From Tetramitus jugosus (Eukaryota > Protista > Heterolobosea): a stretch of 64,000 bases of DNA. The notes beneath the pieces were generated by a model. That model ran no database searches, had not been told where the DNA came from, and was given only the letters and a program-made list of their open reading frames with translations. The stretch lies in assembly GCA_937625935.1 (NCBI GenBank), contig OW569364.1:124001-188000 (forward strand), in the 5' to 3' direction. Below are positions 34,543-46,148 of this stretch, piece after piece (position 1 is the first letter of the stretch; each line of letters starts with the position of its first letter). A program made the translations under genes and the position numbers.

Positions 34543-35469
34543 ATGAACTGCTCACAACAAGATGTTGCCTCCATTATCGCCAAAGTCGTCTTTTGCTCTG
34601 CTACGAGCATTGAAACACGAAAGTTTGCCGTCCACAACAAGGATTTTAAAAACTTTTGTGCTCTAGTTCATGAGAGCTTACAGTATTATTCTGACTCCAC
34701 AATGTCCTATTACGGTGATGAGTCCATTGAAATGTTTTATCAAAGTGTTGAGTCCAATCAATGGGTTCACTTTGATTGTGAATCACAGTGGGAGCAAGCA
34801 AAGGAAATGTTTGCGCCCACTAATCGTAAAAGCTCTGTTGATGCACCTCATAATGAAACAGCTGCATCAACATTAGAAAAAGAAGAAGAAGGCAAAAGCT
34901 CAAAGAGCACAAACCACAAAAAAACTAAGAAATCATCCTCGTCTTGTCGTTCTCTGAAGATTAAAGTTCAACTCTATGATAAATGTGTAGATATTAAGCA
35001 GCACTGTTCACTGAACAGTAGAAACTCCAACTGTAGCAGCAGCAGCTCAAACAGATCGAGTTCTAAAAGACATTCTAGGTCTGCTCCCAGTGCTCTCTAC
35101 TTTGCTCCTACAAAGCAAGAGCTAACCGTGTCGTTTTCAAATTTTGAAGATTTGAAACGTATCATGGAAGAGAGAAATAAAGCTGAGGCAGCAGAAGCTG
35201 AACAACTGGAGAAGAATATTTCTTCCTCTCAGAAGACTAGTGTAAATAGACGGAAAAAGCACTCATCCTCCCGTTCCAGTGGAGATGAATCAACAAAGAA
35301 GAAGAAGAGAACGGAGACGACAACTTTGTCGCCAAAGAGCAGAAAATCTTCCCGTACGGAAGCAACTTCCTGTGCTTTGCAACAACAGTCATCATCTTTC
35401 CATTTCTCTGACTTGTGGGGAGAATGTAATAATTGGGCTGGGCACTCAAACACCTCATCAATTATTTGA
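34543..35469 (+). CDS. Hypothetical protein with PB1-like N-terminus and Ser/Lys-rich tail
   Basis: AKVVF....ETRKF and Y...E...WV.F...QWEQA resemble the PB1 pattern. Confidence 0.6.
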   Translation: MNCSQQDVASIIAKVVFCSATSIETRKFAVHNKDFKNFCALVHESLQYYSDSTMSYYGDESIEMFYQSVESNQWVHFDCESQWEQAKEMFAPTNRKSSVDAPHNETAASTLEKEEEGKSSKSTNHKKTKKSSSSCRSLKIKVQLYDKCVDIKQHCSLNSRNSNCSSSSSNRSSSKRHSRSAPSALYFAPTKQELTVSFSNFEDLKRIMEERNKAEAAEAEQLEKNISSSQKTSVNRRKKHSSSRSSGDESTKKKKRTETTTLSPKSRKSSRTEATSCALQQQSSSFHFSDLWGECNNWAGHSNTSSII

Positions 35470-35572
35470 GATATTTTTTATTAAATCAACGGACACAATT
35501 TTGCTAAGAAGATGACAACCGTTTGTTTATTCTTTTCAAACTCGTTTTGGTGGCACCGCCGGTTGTAAGCAG

Positions 35573-35975
35573 TCAAGAGGACACACCACCAGTGGCATTA
35601 TCCTCTCCGAACATATTTCTGGCTGCTAAAGCGACACACAACTTACGACCACCTAATTCTCGATCATTCAAGTTTTTCACTGCACTCATTGCAGACACTT
35701 CGTCCTTGTATTCACAAAAAGCGTAACCCTTGGACAATCCAGTGAGACGATCACACATGATTCGAAAGTTGACGATAGGACCCACTTCACTAAAGATTTG
35801 CATCAGTTTTTCCTGGGATGAATCAAAGGCAATACTTCCAACTGTGTTGAAAGATTCGAAAAAAAGGGACAGAGAAACAGCAACGAGATCAGTGTTAGTG
35901 TTTTGAGATATGTGAGGACACAGGACATGAGATAAACGTACTAAATACGCACCGAGAGGGTTGATTTTGGTCCAT
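35573..35975 (-). CDS. Stand-alone CstF-64/Rna15-type RRM protein (100 aa); intron 35842-35941
   Basis: Spliced product MDQNQPSRCVFIGSIAFD..IFSEVGPIVNFRI..DR.TG.SKGYAFCEY.D..SA.SA.KNLN.RE..GR.L. Confidence 0.8.
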
Positions 35976-36276
35976 TGTTTTTTCGATAGTGTCGCGGACC
36001 AGTGACAAATCATTCGCTAACTTCAGACGAATCACCCCAACTACAGTATTGTGCATCTCTTCAGAACATCTTCAACCAGCCATGTTCACCACTTCCAGTT
36101 CTATTGATGTCTTTTCGTTCAGTGCAATCTCCCAAGTGCACCACGCGTGTTTAGCTCTTTAATCGGACAAATTCAATTCAATTATTTTCCACACAACAAA
36201 ACACAACAACAACAACTAACGAACCAACGAACCAACTCAACCCAATCCATCCCACCTCCAAATTCTTACACTTCCA

Positions 36277-37410
36277 ATGACCAACGAACAACAACAACAA
36301 CAATCAGTACCATCCAGCATCTCTGACAGCGTACTCAAAAAATCAAATGATTCCATGATTGACAAATCACACATTATAGAAGGCTTTGATTTCAACAAGG
36401 GCGTCCAATATGATCAAATGTTTGATTCTTACAAGTACATGGGATTCCAAGCGACAAACGTTGGTAGAGCGATTGATCAAATCAATCAAATGATTGACTG
36501 GAGAAATGAAACACAAGAAGAAAATCAAGAAAATCAAGAACAAGAGGAAAAAGATACGAGAAAAGCTTTGGGTCATGAATGCAAAATTTTTCTAGGTTAC
36601 ACATCCAATATGATCTCTTGTGGCATGAGAGAAATTATTCGATTTCTTGTTCAGCACAAAATGGTGGACTGTATCGTGACTACGGCCGGCGGTGTCGAAG
36701 AAGATTTGATCAAGTGTTTGGCCGACACGTACCTCGGAGATTTTAATTTGTCGGGAAAGCAATTGCGCGAAAATGGATTGAACAGAATCGGAAATTTGTT
36801 GGTTCCAAATGACAATTATTGCAAGTTTGAGGATTGGATCAATCCGATATTGGATGAAATGCTAAAGGAACAAAAGGAGAGCAATGGAGAGGTGATTTGG
36901 TCTCCTAGCACCATGATTGCTCGATTCGGAAAGGAAATTAATGATGAGCGCTCCGTTTACTATTGGGCTCAAAAGAATGATATTCCGGTGTTTTGTCCCG
37001 CCATTACCGACGGTTCCATTGGCGACATGATTTATTTCCATTCGTTCAAGAGCCCTGGTTTGATTGTGGATATCGCGAGCGATATCCGATGCATCAACTC
37101 AATGGCCGTTCATGCAAAGAAGACTGGAATGATTATTCTAGGTGGTGGTGTCGTCAAGCATCACATTTGCAATGCAAACTTGATGAGAAACGGAGCTGAT
37201 TTCTCAGTGTTTATCAACACTGGTGTCGAGTTTGACGGCAGTGATACAGGTGCTCATCCAGATGAGGCAGTGAGCTGGGGTAAGATTAGAGCGGGATCCA
37301 CCGCGATTAAGGTTCACGGAGAAGCCACGCTCATCTTCCCCATTATCGTTGGACAGACATTTGCTAAAAAGTATCACCAATTGCAACAGCAAAAGCAACA
37401 ACAACAGTAA
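36277..37410 (+). CDS. DHPS: Deoxyhypusine synthase
   Basis: [44 protein letters not shown] (catalytic Lys intact). Confidence 0.97.
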   Translation: MTNEQQQQQSVPSSISDSVLKKSNDSMIDKSHIIEGFDFNKGVQYDQMFDSYKYMGFQATNVGRAIDQINQMIDWRNETQEENQENQEQEEKDTRKALGHECKIFLGYTSNMISCGMREIIRFLVQHKMVDCIVTTAGGVEEDLIKCLADTYLGDFNLSGKQLRENGLNRIGNLLVPNDNYCKFEDWINPILDEMLKEQKESNGEVIWSPSTMIARFGKEINDERSVYYWAQKNDIPVFCPAITDGSIGDMIYFHSFKSPGLIVDIASDIRCINSMAVHAKKTGMIILGGGVVKHHICNANLMRNGADFSVFINTGVEFDGSDTGAHPDEAVSWGKIRAGSTAIKVHGEATLIFPIIVGQTFAKKYHQLQQQKQQQQ

Positions 37411-37512
37411 AAAGCTAGCTCTCTCCCTCACGCATTCAATCAAAAACAACAATCCTCTTCAATTTACGGTATTTTTTCCTTGCTTTTTATTGACTAACAA
37501 AGGCCTTTGTTT

Positions 37513-38053
37513 TTACTCAGAGTGTTCAAAATCAATGACAGCTCTAATGAATGAATACAAATAGAATCCAAACAACAGCACATAATACACAATGTGTACA
37601 ATGGATTCAGTCTTCCTGGCCTTGACTTCCTTGTACATTTCAGTTGGATCAATCTGATAGCTCTTGTCCAAGTATCGCTTCAAGTGATAGGCAAACACTG
37701 GCAAGTTCAACACGAGTGCGACCCATGTGCTTGGCAAAAAGACTGCCAAGATCAACATGAGAACAATGTGAGAAATGTACTCAATTTTGAGCATTGTGTT
37801 CACTGTTCTGCTCAATGACAAGCTACTGATTTGACTGTTTTCAAATTCAAGGAACGTAATCAACTATTTGTGTTCATGTGTGATGAAACGAGAGATGACA
37901 ATTTTCATGTTAGCTTTTTGATCAATCGACAAAAAAACAAGAGAAAAAAAGCTTTGCAATGTGTGAATAAGGGTGGCTACGTACGTAAATTCCGTTCAGG
38001 AATGGGTGGACAATGCTGAACAACCACACGAGCAGCCATAGTATGAAAATCAT
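37513..38053 (-). CDS. Cornichon/Erv14 ER cargo receptor; intron 37864-37984
   Basis: Three TM segments, EY..H, LNLP..AYH, IDPTEMY, F.FYLYS.I. Confidence 0.85.
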
Positions 38054-38309
38054 TTTTTTTTGTTATTGTTGGTGATGTTGTTGCTTTTTGTTGATTTTTT
38101 TTGATCGCGGCCAACAAATGAAAACGAAAAATTCGATGACAAATTCTGAGCTGTGTCGAGGAAACTATTGGAAGAATAGATATTTTTAGCAGTTTTGACC
38201 AAGTGTTCTTGGGTGAAGGAAAGAGTACGACGTCACTTGTTAAATGCTTTGAGTAATACAGTGAGAGTTTATTCTATACATGAATTAGTTTTGTTTGATG
38301 TTGGTCAAA

Positions 38310-39470
38310 TTACCAATCACCATCTCTCACTTCATTCTTATTATAGTACAATGACTTGACTTGTGAAGATGCAAGAGAAATCGATGAGTCATCTTGTTGT
38401 GGCCAGGCATACTTGTTTTTGTCCATTTCACTCACTGACTTGACTTGATTCAGTATGTTGGATTGAGCAATGCTCTGTTGGGGTGACCCATTGTAAATGT
38501 CGAACCATGGATAACCATAGGAGGAGTAAGTTTGAGCTGAAATAGGAGTTGGCGGTGCCTTCTTTCCAGTAATTTGCTCGTACATCTCACTGTTCACTAT
38601 CCGTACAAATACTCTAGCAAAGCATGTTTGATCCCAGAATTGCAAGCCATATTCATCCTTTGTGATCTCTTGCTTCATGCTACCACCTGCAGATAATGAC
38701 ATTTCCTTTGCTTCCTGGACAGGAGCTTTTTCACATCGTCTAGAGGAGTTTCGAGGTACTGACTGTGACAATTCAGATTCACACTTGGCACTTGAGGAGA
38801 ATGACTGAGTTAGTTTTGGAGCGGAGAAGACCATAGAGCTTGACACACTCTTCTTCTTCATCATTGGATGAGATGGTTTGTCGAAAGCAGCAATTCTCCT
38901 TGGAGGGAACTTTTTCAATCTCTCACTTTCCTTGCTATCGAATACCATTAGCTGAACACCACCAAACTTGTCCTCTCCTGTGACTTGAGCTTCTACGCTA
39001 TACCCTGATCCTAATGGCATGGCCACAAATTGCTTGATAGTTCCTTTTCCACCTGCATTAATTCCATCGAGCCATGGTTGCTTTGGAATGGTCACATAAT
39101 CTTCACTCTCCAATTGATTGGTCCATGGTTTTCCATTAATTGCACTCACCTTGCCTACTGCAATTTTCATAGCTTTTGGGCGATCTGTTTTCCCTTGAAA
39201 CTGCATCCACATTGCCTCTCTCTGATGCATTGGGAAGAAGATACCACCTGTCCTCTTCCACTCTTCAGGAACTCTGTCCAAGTAATCATCTACCTTGCAA
39301 ATGGGAAAGTGTCCAAGTGAAGGAGGGAGAGGATACACTTTACCGTCATCTGGAATTCTCAAGGTTCGATGAAAGAGGATTGAGCAAGAGTTGAAGTCAT
39401 TGCCCATTTCCTTGATAATCAGGTGGTCTCCTGTGACTTCGACTGTTAATTTCTTATTATTGTTCATCAT
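38310..39470 (-). CDS. Conserved uncharacterised protein (RTLRIPDD / QPWLDG / QFVAMPLG family)
   Basis: Intronless 386-aa ORF with motif-like blocks FHRTLRIPDDGKVYPLPP.LG.FP, PMHQREAMW, QPWLDG, QFVAMPLGSGYSVEAQ.TG, PPTPISA..Y...G.PWF. Confidence 0.8.
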   Translation of the reverse strand: MMNNNKKLTVEVTGDHLIIKEMGNDFNSCSILFHRTLRIPDDGKVYPLPPSLGHFPICKVDDYLDRVPEEWKRTGGIFFPMHQREAMWMQFQGKTDRPKAMKIAVGKVSAINGKPWTNQLESEDYVTIPKQPWLDGINAGGKGTIKQFVAMPLGSGYSVEAQVTGEDKFGGVQLMVFDSKESERLKKFPPRRIAAFDKPSHPMMKKKSVSSSMVFSAPKLTQSFSSSAKCESELSQSVPRNSSRRCEKAPVQEAKEMSLSAGGSMKQEITKDEYGLQFWDQTCFARVFVRIVNSEMYEQITGKKAPPTPISAQTYSSYGYPWFDIYNGSPQQSIAQSNILNQVKSVSEMDKNKYAWPQQDDSSISLASSQVKSLYYNKNEVRDGDW

Positions 39471-39708
39471 CGTTGGTTCTCTTTACTGTAGTAGTTCTTG
39501 TTGTTGTATTGTTTGAGAATTGCTTGGTGGAAACATCCCTGGTTTTTGAGGGCAGAGCGCAACCAGATCAAAGCTCCTCAGAACTGTAAACACAATGTCT
39601 CGAACCAAAATGTTCGAGGGAGGAGGAGAATTATAAGTTCTGAGCCGGAAACTCGAAAACGAACTCTGGCCAAAGAACAGACATCGAAAAGCAACAAACA
39701 AAAAACAC

Positions 39709-40704
39709 ATGGAACCAACGATGAATGACTCTCCAAACAAAGATTCTCATTCTGAATTGGAAGAAAAACTGGAAGTAGAGGCAGAATTATTGACTCAAAA
39801 CATCTACGAATTGTTGTCATGTGATCTACAAATGTACCTGTTAACATTCTTGACCATGGGGGACCTGTATCAAATCTCATTGAGCTGCAAGCATGGTGAA
39901 TTTTTGGTGTTGAGTGCTGAAGCAGATTGTTTTGTGTGGAAGATGATGGCCCATCACCTCGGTTTCAACAAGCAAGAGACCATTCGATCACTCGTGCAGG
40001 AATTGCACGTCAAAGATGAAGCGCGAGAAGAGCTCGCTTTATTTAATGTCAATGGTGATGCACCACCAAACATGTGGAGAGAATTGGTGCATTCAAACTT
40101 GATCAAATGGGATGCCAATACGAGAACACCGGACTCTGATATCAAAATGCACAATAACGACAAGACTATTTCTTGTGTGAGAGAGAGCAAGTGGGACACT
40201 ATCCGAACCAATAGAAAACTTGAGATGGGGCTTGTTCATGGTTGGGAGTACGCTCTGGATGAACATGACAATGGAGGTTACAATGCCTATCGAATTTTCG
40301 TTGGAATCGAGAGAGGTACTTATGCATTTACTGAAGTGGGGACCGACAAGATTATTGGCTACAGCAGTCAAGGCGTTGGTTACAATATTGGACAACATTC
40401 TGTTCACAGAGAACACTCCTATGGGCTCGATGACAGATCAGTTCTGTATGAAGAGGGTTTCAAGTTCAGTTCAGGTGACACGATTGCTTTCAAATTCGAT
40501 TTGAAGAATTTGAGCACCTCAAACACAGCGACCATGTATCTCTTCAAGAACAATCAATATTTCATGACCATAGCTGACATTCCAACACAAGATATCGTGT
40601 ACTATCCTGCCATTTCCGTCATTGGTTGCCAGAGGGTATCCATTCGAATGAAACGACCATCCACTCTTGACACTACGAACAGGACACAAATCTCACAAAT
40701 CTAG
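39709..40704 (+). CDS. F-box + SPRY/B30.2-like protein
   Basis: LSCDLQMYLLTFL...DL..ISLSCK (F-box); IFVGI, GDTIAF.FD, LFKN, YYPAISV (SPRY). Confidence 0.8.
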   Translation: MEPTMNDSPNKDSHSELEEKLEVEAELLTQNIYELLSCDLQMYLLTFLTMGDLYQISLSCKHGEFLVLSAEADCFVWKMMAHHLGFNKQETIRSLVQELHVKDEAREELALFNVNGDAPPNMWRELVHSNLIKWDANTRTPDSDIKMHNNDKTISCVRESKWDTIRTNRKLEMGLVHGWEYALDEHDNGGYNAYRIFVGIERGTYAFTEVGTDKIIGYSSQGVGYNIGQHSVHREHSYGLDDRSVLYEEGFKFSSGDTIAFKFDLKNLSTSNTATMYLFKNNQYFMTIADIPTQDIVYYPAISVIGCQRVSIRMKRPSTLDTTNRTQISQI

Positions 40705-40940
40705 TCTAATCCAATGAAGTTTCCTGATATCTCCTTTTTTCAGGTCTACCATCGATGTCAACTAATTGATGATCGATGGTCTTCTTTTGGCCTTACTTGT
40801 TTTCCTCGCACTATTCGTCCTAAGCCTACCATTGCGCCACTTCTGATTGTCGAACCAAAGATCCACAGATTTAGCTCTGTGTCTACTCACCTTCATTTGG
40901 CCTCAGAAGCGGCCAAAGTATGTGAAAAAACAGGATAGAT

Positions 40941-41059
40941 GTCTACGTTCATACAATGGTGGAACCACCTCTTCCCATTTCGAATAGAGAAGTTAAGCAC
41001 CATCTGGCTGAGTTAGTATTGAGATAGGAGACTACTCGAGAACCCTCAGTAATGTAGGC
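40941..41059 (+). rRNA. 5S rRNA gene, copy 1
   Basis: 119 nt, GTCTAC...GTAGGC terminal stem, box A AGTTAAGC, GTTAGTA, box C-like GATAGGAGAC, followed by a TTTT Pol III terminator. Confidence 0.95.
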
Positions 41060-41299
41060 TTTTGCATTCTCACAGCACGCATTTTGGTGGAGATGCATTT
41101 GATGAATGTGATCAAATCTGCGACCCAAAGAGCTGTGATTCTAGGATCTGAGTACACATTGGGAGAGAGAAGAGGAACATAAGAGTAAGAGACCCACTTG
41201 AGTTCTGAATAAGGTTGATACTAAGTGTACCACAACCAAGCACACTCTGTAACTACCTCGAATTTAGACCAAGTTGCCATTGGATCTGTTGCTGATTCT

Positions 41300-41836
41300 C
41301 TTTTACTGTACTGATGAAGTATTTATCCTGTCATTCCCCATCCATTCCATAAAGAGCTATCGAACTGGACTCGCAATAACCAATCACCTTCTTTTTAAAG
41401 GCATTGTCTCTTCGGCTACGATACCAACGAGGTGTGTGAGTACCCTTCGAGAAAAGGAATCCTCTCTGTGATGGATTCTTGATCACATCCATCCAGTGTA
41501 AGTCTCCGAACGCCAGTCAAATACTGTAACGAAAATGTCTTGTCTGTAATTTGTTTGCAACCACCGATGTGGAAAATGCTCATCCACCACATTCTGACGC
41601 ATGGTCAAGCAAACGTTAAACAATGTTCCCTTTCCTAATCGAAACCAGTGTTCAATTTCTTTCTCTTCCTAGATCTCTTCTTGTTGGCCATCTATTGAAT
41701 TTAAATTGATTGATTCCTTTGCAAGTGTAACTCAATTGCAACCATTCTCGAGTGTCACAAAACTCAATGACTTCCGACCAGGTATCCGTGCAAAGAGCAT
41801 TGTAGTCCCACACAAAAATGTTCAGCTGAAGTTTCC
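41300..41836 (-). pseudogene. Degenerate F-box/LRR gene
   Basis: Fragments in different frames with stops: LCTDTWSEVIEFCDTREWLQLSYTCK (F-box, ~41720-41800) and FHIGGCKQITDKTFSLQYLTGVRRLTLDGCDQESITE (Cys-containing LRR, ~41465-41575). Boundaries are approximate. Confidence 0.7.
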
Positions 41837-42349
41837 CTCAAGTTCCACAAAACCATAATAAAAACGGACCATTTCATCCTTGCCATCTCTTTTGTTGCAT
41901 CTCAGGCCATGAGTAGTAAGCAACCACTACAGCAATTTTCCTTATTCATCGTTCAAGAAAAATCCCGCAAGGGGTGGTTACTGTTTTGTCCTTCGCTGTT
42001 CTAAAGCTGGTCGGAATCAATGCTATTGATTACCTTTTGTCTTCGTTGTCGTGAACACCGATTTCTTCACTCCTCCAGATGGAAGACCTTCAGTGACCTT
42101 CGCAGAAGCAGGTGATTTTGTTTAATACACCCATTTAGGTTGCTCACTTTATTGTCTGTTGTTTTCATCAGCCATCGCCCAGAGCAATGGCCCTTGGTCA
42201 CCATTCTGATTCCCCATGCTTAGCGTCATTCCTGTTGTTTTGCTTTCGTTGGCGTGAATAAGTGGAGGTGATACACCTCCATTTCACACAATTCACAAAT
42301 AGCAGAAGCAGGTGAAAACGTGGAAATAGCACAATTTCAATTCTAAGGT

Positions 42350-42468
42350 GTCTACGTTCATACAATGGTGGAACCACCTCTTCCCATTTCGAATAGAGAA
42401 GTTAAGCACCATCTGGCTGAGTTAGTATTGAGATAGGAGACTACTCGAGAACCCTCAGTAATGTAGGC
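42350..42468 (+). rRNA. 5S rRNA gene, copy 2
   Basis: Identical to copy 1 over 119 nt, followed by TTTT; different upstream flank. Confidence 0.95.
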
Positions 42469-42589
42469 TTTTCACATTTTAACTTGCTCTGGTGATAGCG
42501 CAGGACAATGCAGAGTTAAAGGAAGGATCTTTGTTTCATGAAGTTTTGTTTATGAAATGTACAAGATGTGTGATGTCTCTCATCATCAC

Positions 42590-44121
42590 TTACTGGCAGG
42601 AGCAATCCTTTTTCTTCTTTTCATCCTTCTTGGTAGATGAATTGGCTGGAGCAGAGGCTTCTCTGCATTGACGAACCTGTTGCACCAACAGTTCAAACGC
42701 CTCGTCAATATTGACTCTTCCTTTGGCAGATGTCTCAATAAATGCACAACCGAATCGGTCGGCCAAATCTTTGCCTTGTTGCGTCGATATCTTTCTCTCG
42801 TTCGCCAAATCGCACTTGTTACCGACCAATACAATGGGTATGTTTTTTTTACGTTTTGCCATCATCACCTTGCTATGAAGGGTTTCCAAATGCTGGAACG
42901 ATGGGGCATCAGTCACCGAGTAAATCAAGAAGAATCCTTCCACATCTACAAACAACAACAACAAACAAAAGTTGTGTGTAAGCAACAATTGTTTTTTAGA
43001 GAAGCTAACAACAACAACAACAACAACGTAAACTCATTTTGAATCTTCTCTTGTAGTTGTTGTGATTCAATACATACTTTGCATGTGCTCTTCAGCAAGT
43101 GCCGTATACTTTTCATTTCCAGACGTATCATACACTGTAAAATCAACCACTTTGTCTCCTACTTTCTTTGATGTCTCATACTGTATCAACACAACATTGA
43201 AAAAAAACAAATACAGTGTTAGTTCTGAGCTGCTCATCAAATTTCACACACAAAAACAATAAACACAATTTTGTCAAAAACGCTCAATTAAAGAGAGAGA
43301 GAGTTGTGTGTGTGTGTGTGCGTGTTTGTGAGAGCTATCATGCATCATTCAATCTAGTATGTGCAGCCTTCTCATCATCATATGATGTTTAAATAAAAGA
43401 TATGTGTCATTTCACAATGATTACTCATTCCTCTCAATGTCTTTCTGACAAATTGCGACACTCATCTATTCGCTCACTCACAATACACTCACAATACACT
43501 CGCTAAATCACTCACTTGCACACTCTCCACATTTACACTCACACACACACACTCTCTCTCACTGTGATGCGAAACACGTGGTCTCATAAACATCTAGATG
43601 ATTTGTTGTTTACGAAAAAAAAACACACACGTACAAAGTCCTCCATGGTTGGATCATGATCTAATCATCCATATCATCATTATCATTACACAGTCAAATG
43701 TTCCACCGACATGTATGATATCATATACATGATTCGATCGAACGTATTGCATACAAAATTTTATCAGTAACATCATCATCATCAAGTTTGTTTCGTTTCG
43801 TTGTTGTCATTCCACATCATTTTTCCAAGGCATTCCAAATGGTTTGCGCAATTGATGTCATTGTTGTTTTGTGTCAAATGCATTTTTTTTTGTGCAAACA
43901 AAAACAGCCAAAAAAAAAATTTTTTTTGCAAGGACAAAGAATGTGTGTCAGCATCTATATGTGTCTATCAATTATCTAGATATCTCAAAATTCTTTCATC
44001 ATTCGACACACAACGTACCTTCCAAGAACTCTTGTCGAACAAATTGAACGACAATGCAAGTTTTTCCGACTGCAAAGGCACCAAATGTGCCAAATTCCAT
44101 AGTTTCTCGTGTTGAAGCCAT
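42590..44121 (-). CDS. Atypical Ras-family GTPase; exons 44121-44019, 43660-43635 (26-nt micro-exon), 43180-43078, 42945-42590
   Basis: GAFAVGKT, DHDPTMEDFY, DTSGNE, GNKCDL, ETSAK, polybasic tail and CSCQ CAAX. All junctions are GT-AG and in frame. Confidence 0.88.
43291..43330. repeat. (AG)n/(TG)n microsatellite in a Ras intron
   Basis: aagagagagagagttgtgtgtgtgtgtgtgcgtgt; a complementary (CA)n(CT)n tract lies at ~43540-43562. Confidence 0.7.
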
Positions 44122-44517
44122 TTTTAAGTTGAATGAGATTCGTGTTCTTTTGTTGGTTTGTTTGGTTCTTCTCAGCTGAAATTCTTTTTTGTTGTTGGTT
44201 GGATATTTCTCCTTCTTGAAGATTTTTTTTGACGTTTGGACGTCTGGCTCCGCTACGACATTGACCAAAACAGGAATGGCTACGAAAAAGCGGCGACACT
44301 ACAGGCTACGATATGAGCACTTCTTCAGCCGGAAGTGTAACTTGCATCCAAACTTGAATGATTTGCATCTCCAAAAATTCTTTTGGAGCCTTATCTTTCG
44401 GGACATAGTTTTTTCTTTGGTTTTTAGAAACTTAGTTAAGCAACATCTGAGAACCATAACGTCTACTAAAGTATTGGTGAGAGTTTATTAGCCTTGAGAG
44501 CTTGCCATCGTCACATC

Positions 44518-45168
44518 TTAGAGAAAGTCTATTGTCACATCTGACAACTTGACTTTCCCAAGTGTTAGCAGCAAATTCTTTCTAAAACCTGAAATCTGTT
44601 TCTCATCTGTCTCAACAAGATAGGGTCTGAACTGATCTTGTTCACCTGGTAATATCACTGCATAGACCCAAACTCGGCGAATCTGATCATTTTCACAGCA
44701 CCGAATCAATTCTGCTTGCCATGGTTCTTTGTCACTTGTCTTGGGTAGTTTCATTGTCACCTTCTTTACTGATAAAATTCGATCAAATGTTTCAAGCACA
44801 AACTCATGAATCATGTCTGACTTCACCTTTCCCTGACACAGCAACTTCACTGTTTGACTCGAGGGTACTAACACTGTGACGTCATGCATTGCCAAGATTT
44901 TCAAGTCAAAGCACTCTCCTGTTTCAACTGTTCTTCCCTGAAAGAACATCCAATGTTGGGCAAAATTTCTTCCAATTAATCTCTTCGTTTTTGCAGTCAC
45001 ATGAAACGTGAACGATTCATCACCACACCGCTCACTCTTTTTGTTGAGCAACTTTCGAATGCGGTAGCTGTGCTGGGCAACCTCTTGGATGCAGATGCAG
45101 TGATTCACTTGCACTTCTCGAGCGGGAAGCGTCACTTGCACCCAATCTTGAATGCTTGGTATATCCAT
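44518..45168 (-). CDS. Tandem paralog 1, diverged eIF5A-like protein
   Basis: Clear paralog of the two upstream ORFs; colinear similarity to eIF5A by eye (see findings). Confidence 0.65.
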   Translation of the reverse strand: MDIPSIQDWVQVTLPAREVQVNHCICIQEVAQHSYRIRKLLNKKSERCGDESFTFHVTAKTKRLIGRNFAQHWMFFQGRTVETGECFDLKILAMHDVTVLVPSSQTVKLLCQGKVKSDMIHEFVLETFDRILSVKKVTMKLPKTSDKEPWQAELIRCCENDQIRRVWVYAVILPGEQDQFRPYLVETDEKQISGFRKNLLLTLGKVKLSDVTIDFL

Positions 45169-45366
45169 TTCTTTTGGAGTTTTTTCTTTCCGGACATGTT
45201 GTTTAGTTTGGAACTCAGTGTTGGGTACTGGAACTTGAGCGTCAGCGCGAATCGAAACAGTGATTCCATGTCTGACACATAACAAAGCTATTGGAGGAGT
45301 CTTGTTAGTTAAGTTGGTCCCACTGTATTATAACTCGCTCCGATTAATTGTCATGGTCATCAAAGC

Positions 45367-45957
45367 TCAGAGAAAATTGATTGTCACATCCGATAACTTC
45401 AGATTCACAAGCGTCACCAGCAAATTCTTTCTAAAACCCGTAATCAATTTCTCATCTGTCTCAGCAAGATAAGGTCTGAATTGATCATCAGGCAACATCA
45501 CTGCAGAGACCCAAACTCGACGAATCTGTTCTCTCTCCCAGTTGTGCACGAATTCAGCACTTGTTTCAGACAATTTCAATGGCACTTCTTCGATTGACAA
45601 GCATCGATCAACAGGTTCAAACAAAAACTCGTGACTCGTTGCTGACTTTCGCTTGAACTGCAATTTCACTGTTTGATTCCTGGGTACTAACACTGTCAGC
45701 TGATGTTCGACCACCATTTTCAACTCTAAAGATTGTCCTGTCTCAACTTTTTTCCCCTGAAAAATCATCCAATCTCTCATAGAATGTCTTGTCTTTCCAA
45801 GTACCCTCATCCTTCTTGCAGTCACACGGAAAGTGAATGATTCATGGTCACATACCTGGCTTGGATCAACAGCTTTTGGGATGTAGTTGTTCACTTGTAC
45901 GTCTTGCGCTCGAAGTATTACTTGCACACAATCTTGAATACTCGGATGCATCTCCAT
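45367..45957 (-). CDS. Tandem paralog 2, diverged eIF5A-like protein
   Basis: Shares IQD.VQV...A..VQVN, FTF.VT, QIRRVWV.AV.LP, TDEK.I.GFRKNLL with paralogs 1 and 3. Confidence 0.65.
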   Translation of the reverse strand: MEMHPSIQDCVQVILRAQDVQVNNYIPKAVDPSQVCDHESFTFRVTARRMRVLGKTRHSMRDWMIFQGKKVETGQSLELKMVVEHQLTVLVPRNQTVKLQFKRKSATSHEFLFEPVDRCLSIEEVPLKLSETSAEFVHNWEREQIRRVWVSAVMLPDDQFRPYLAETDEKLITGFRKNLLVTLVNLKLSDVTINFL

Positions 45958-46148
45958 TCTTTGTCTTTTTTGGTTTGGTAATGTGTTGTTTGGTTCGAGT
46001 ATCTGAGTCTTGTTGAGTCTCGTGGGTTGTTAAGAGACTTGGGCTTAGAAGCGAACAATATCTGCAATGCTTCAGACAATTTTCTCAGGTGATTGAAAAC
46101 TGCAAGCAGTGAACTTTTGTGCGTGGAGAACCGACTCAGTATCAAATC

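Noticed and set aside
42263-42281. Hairpin TGGAGGTG-ATA-CACCTCCA as a Helitron 3' end; 14-bp direct repeat GCAGAAGCAGGTGA at ~42102 and ~42302
   Set aside because: No CTRR terminus at the expected distance and no other element features; may be chance or debris.
42330-42485. Target-site duplication around 5S copy 2 (CACAATTTCAA vs CACATTTTAA)
   Set aside because: Imperfect, AT-rich and not directly abutting the gene on the 5' side.
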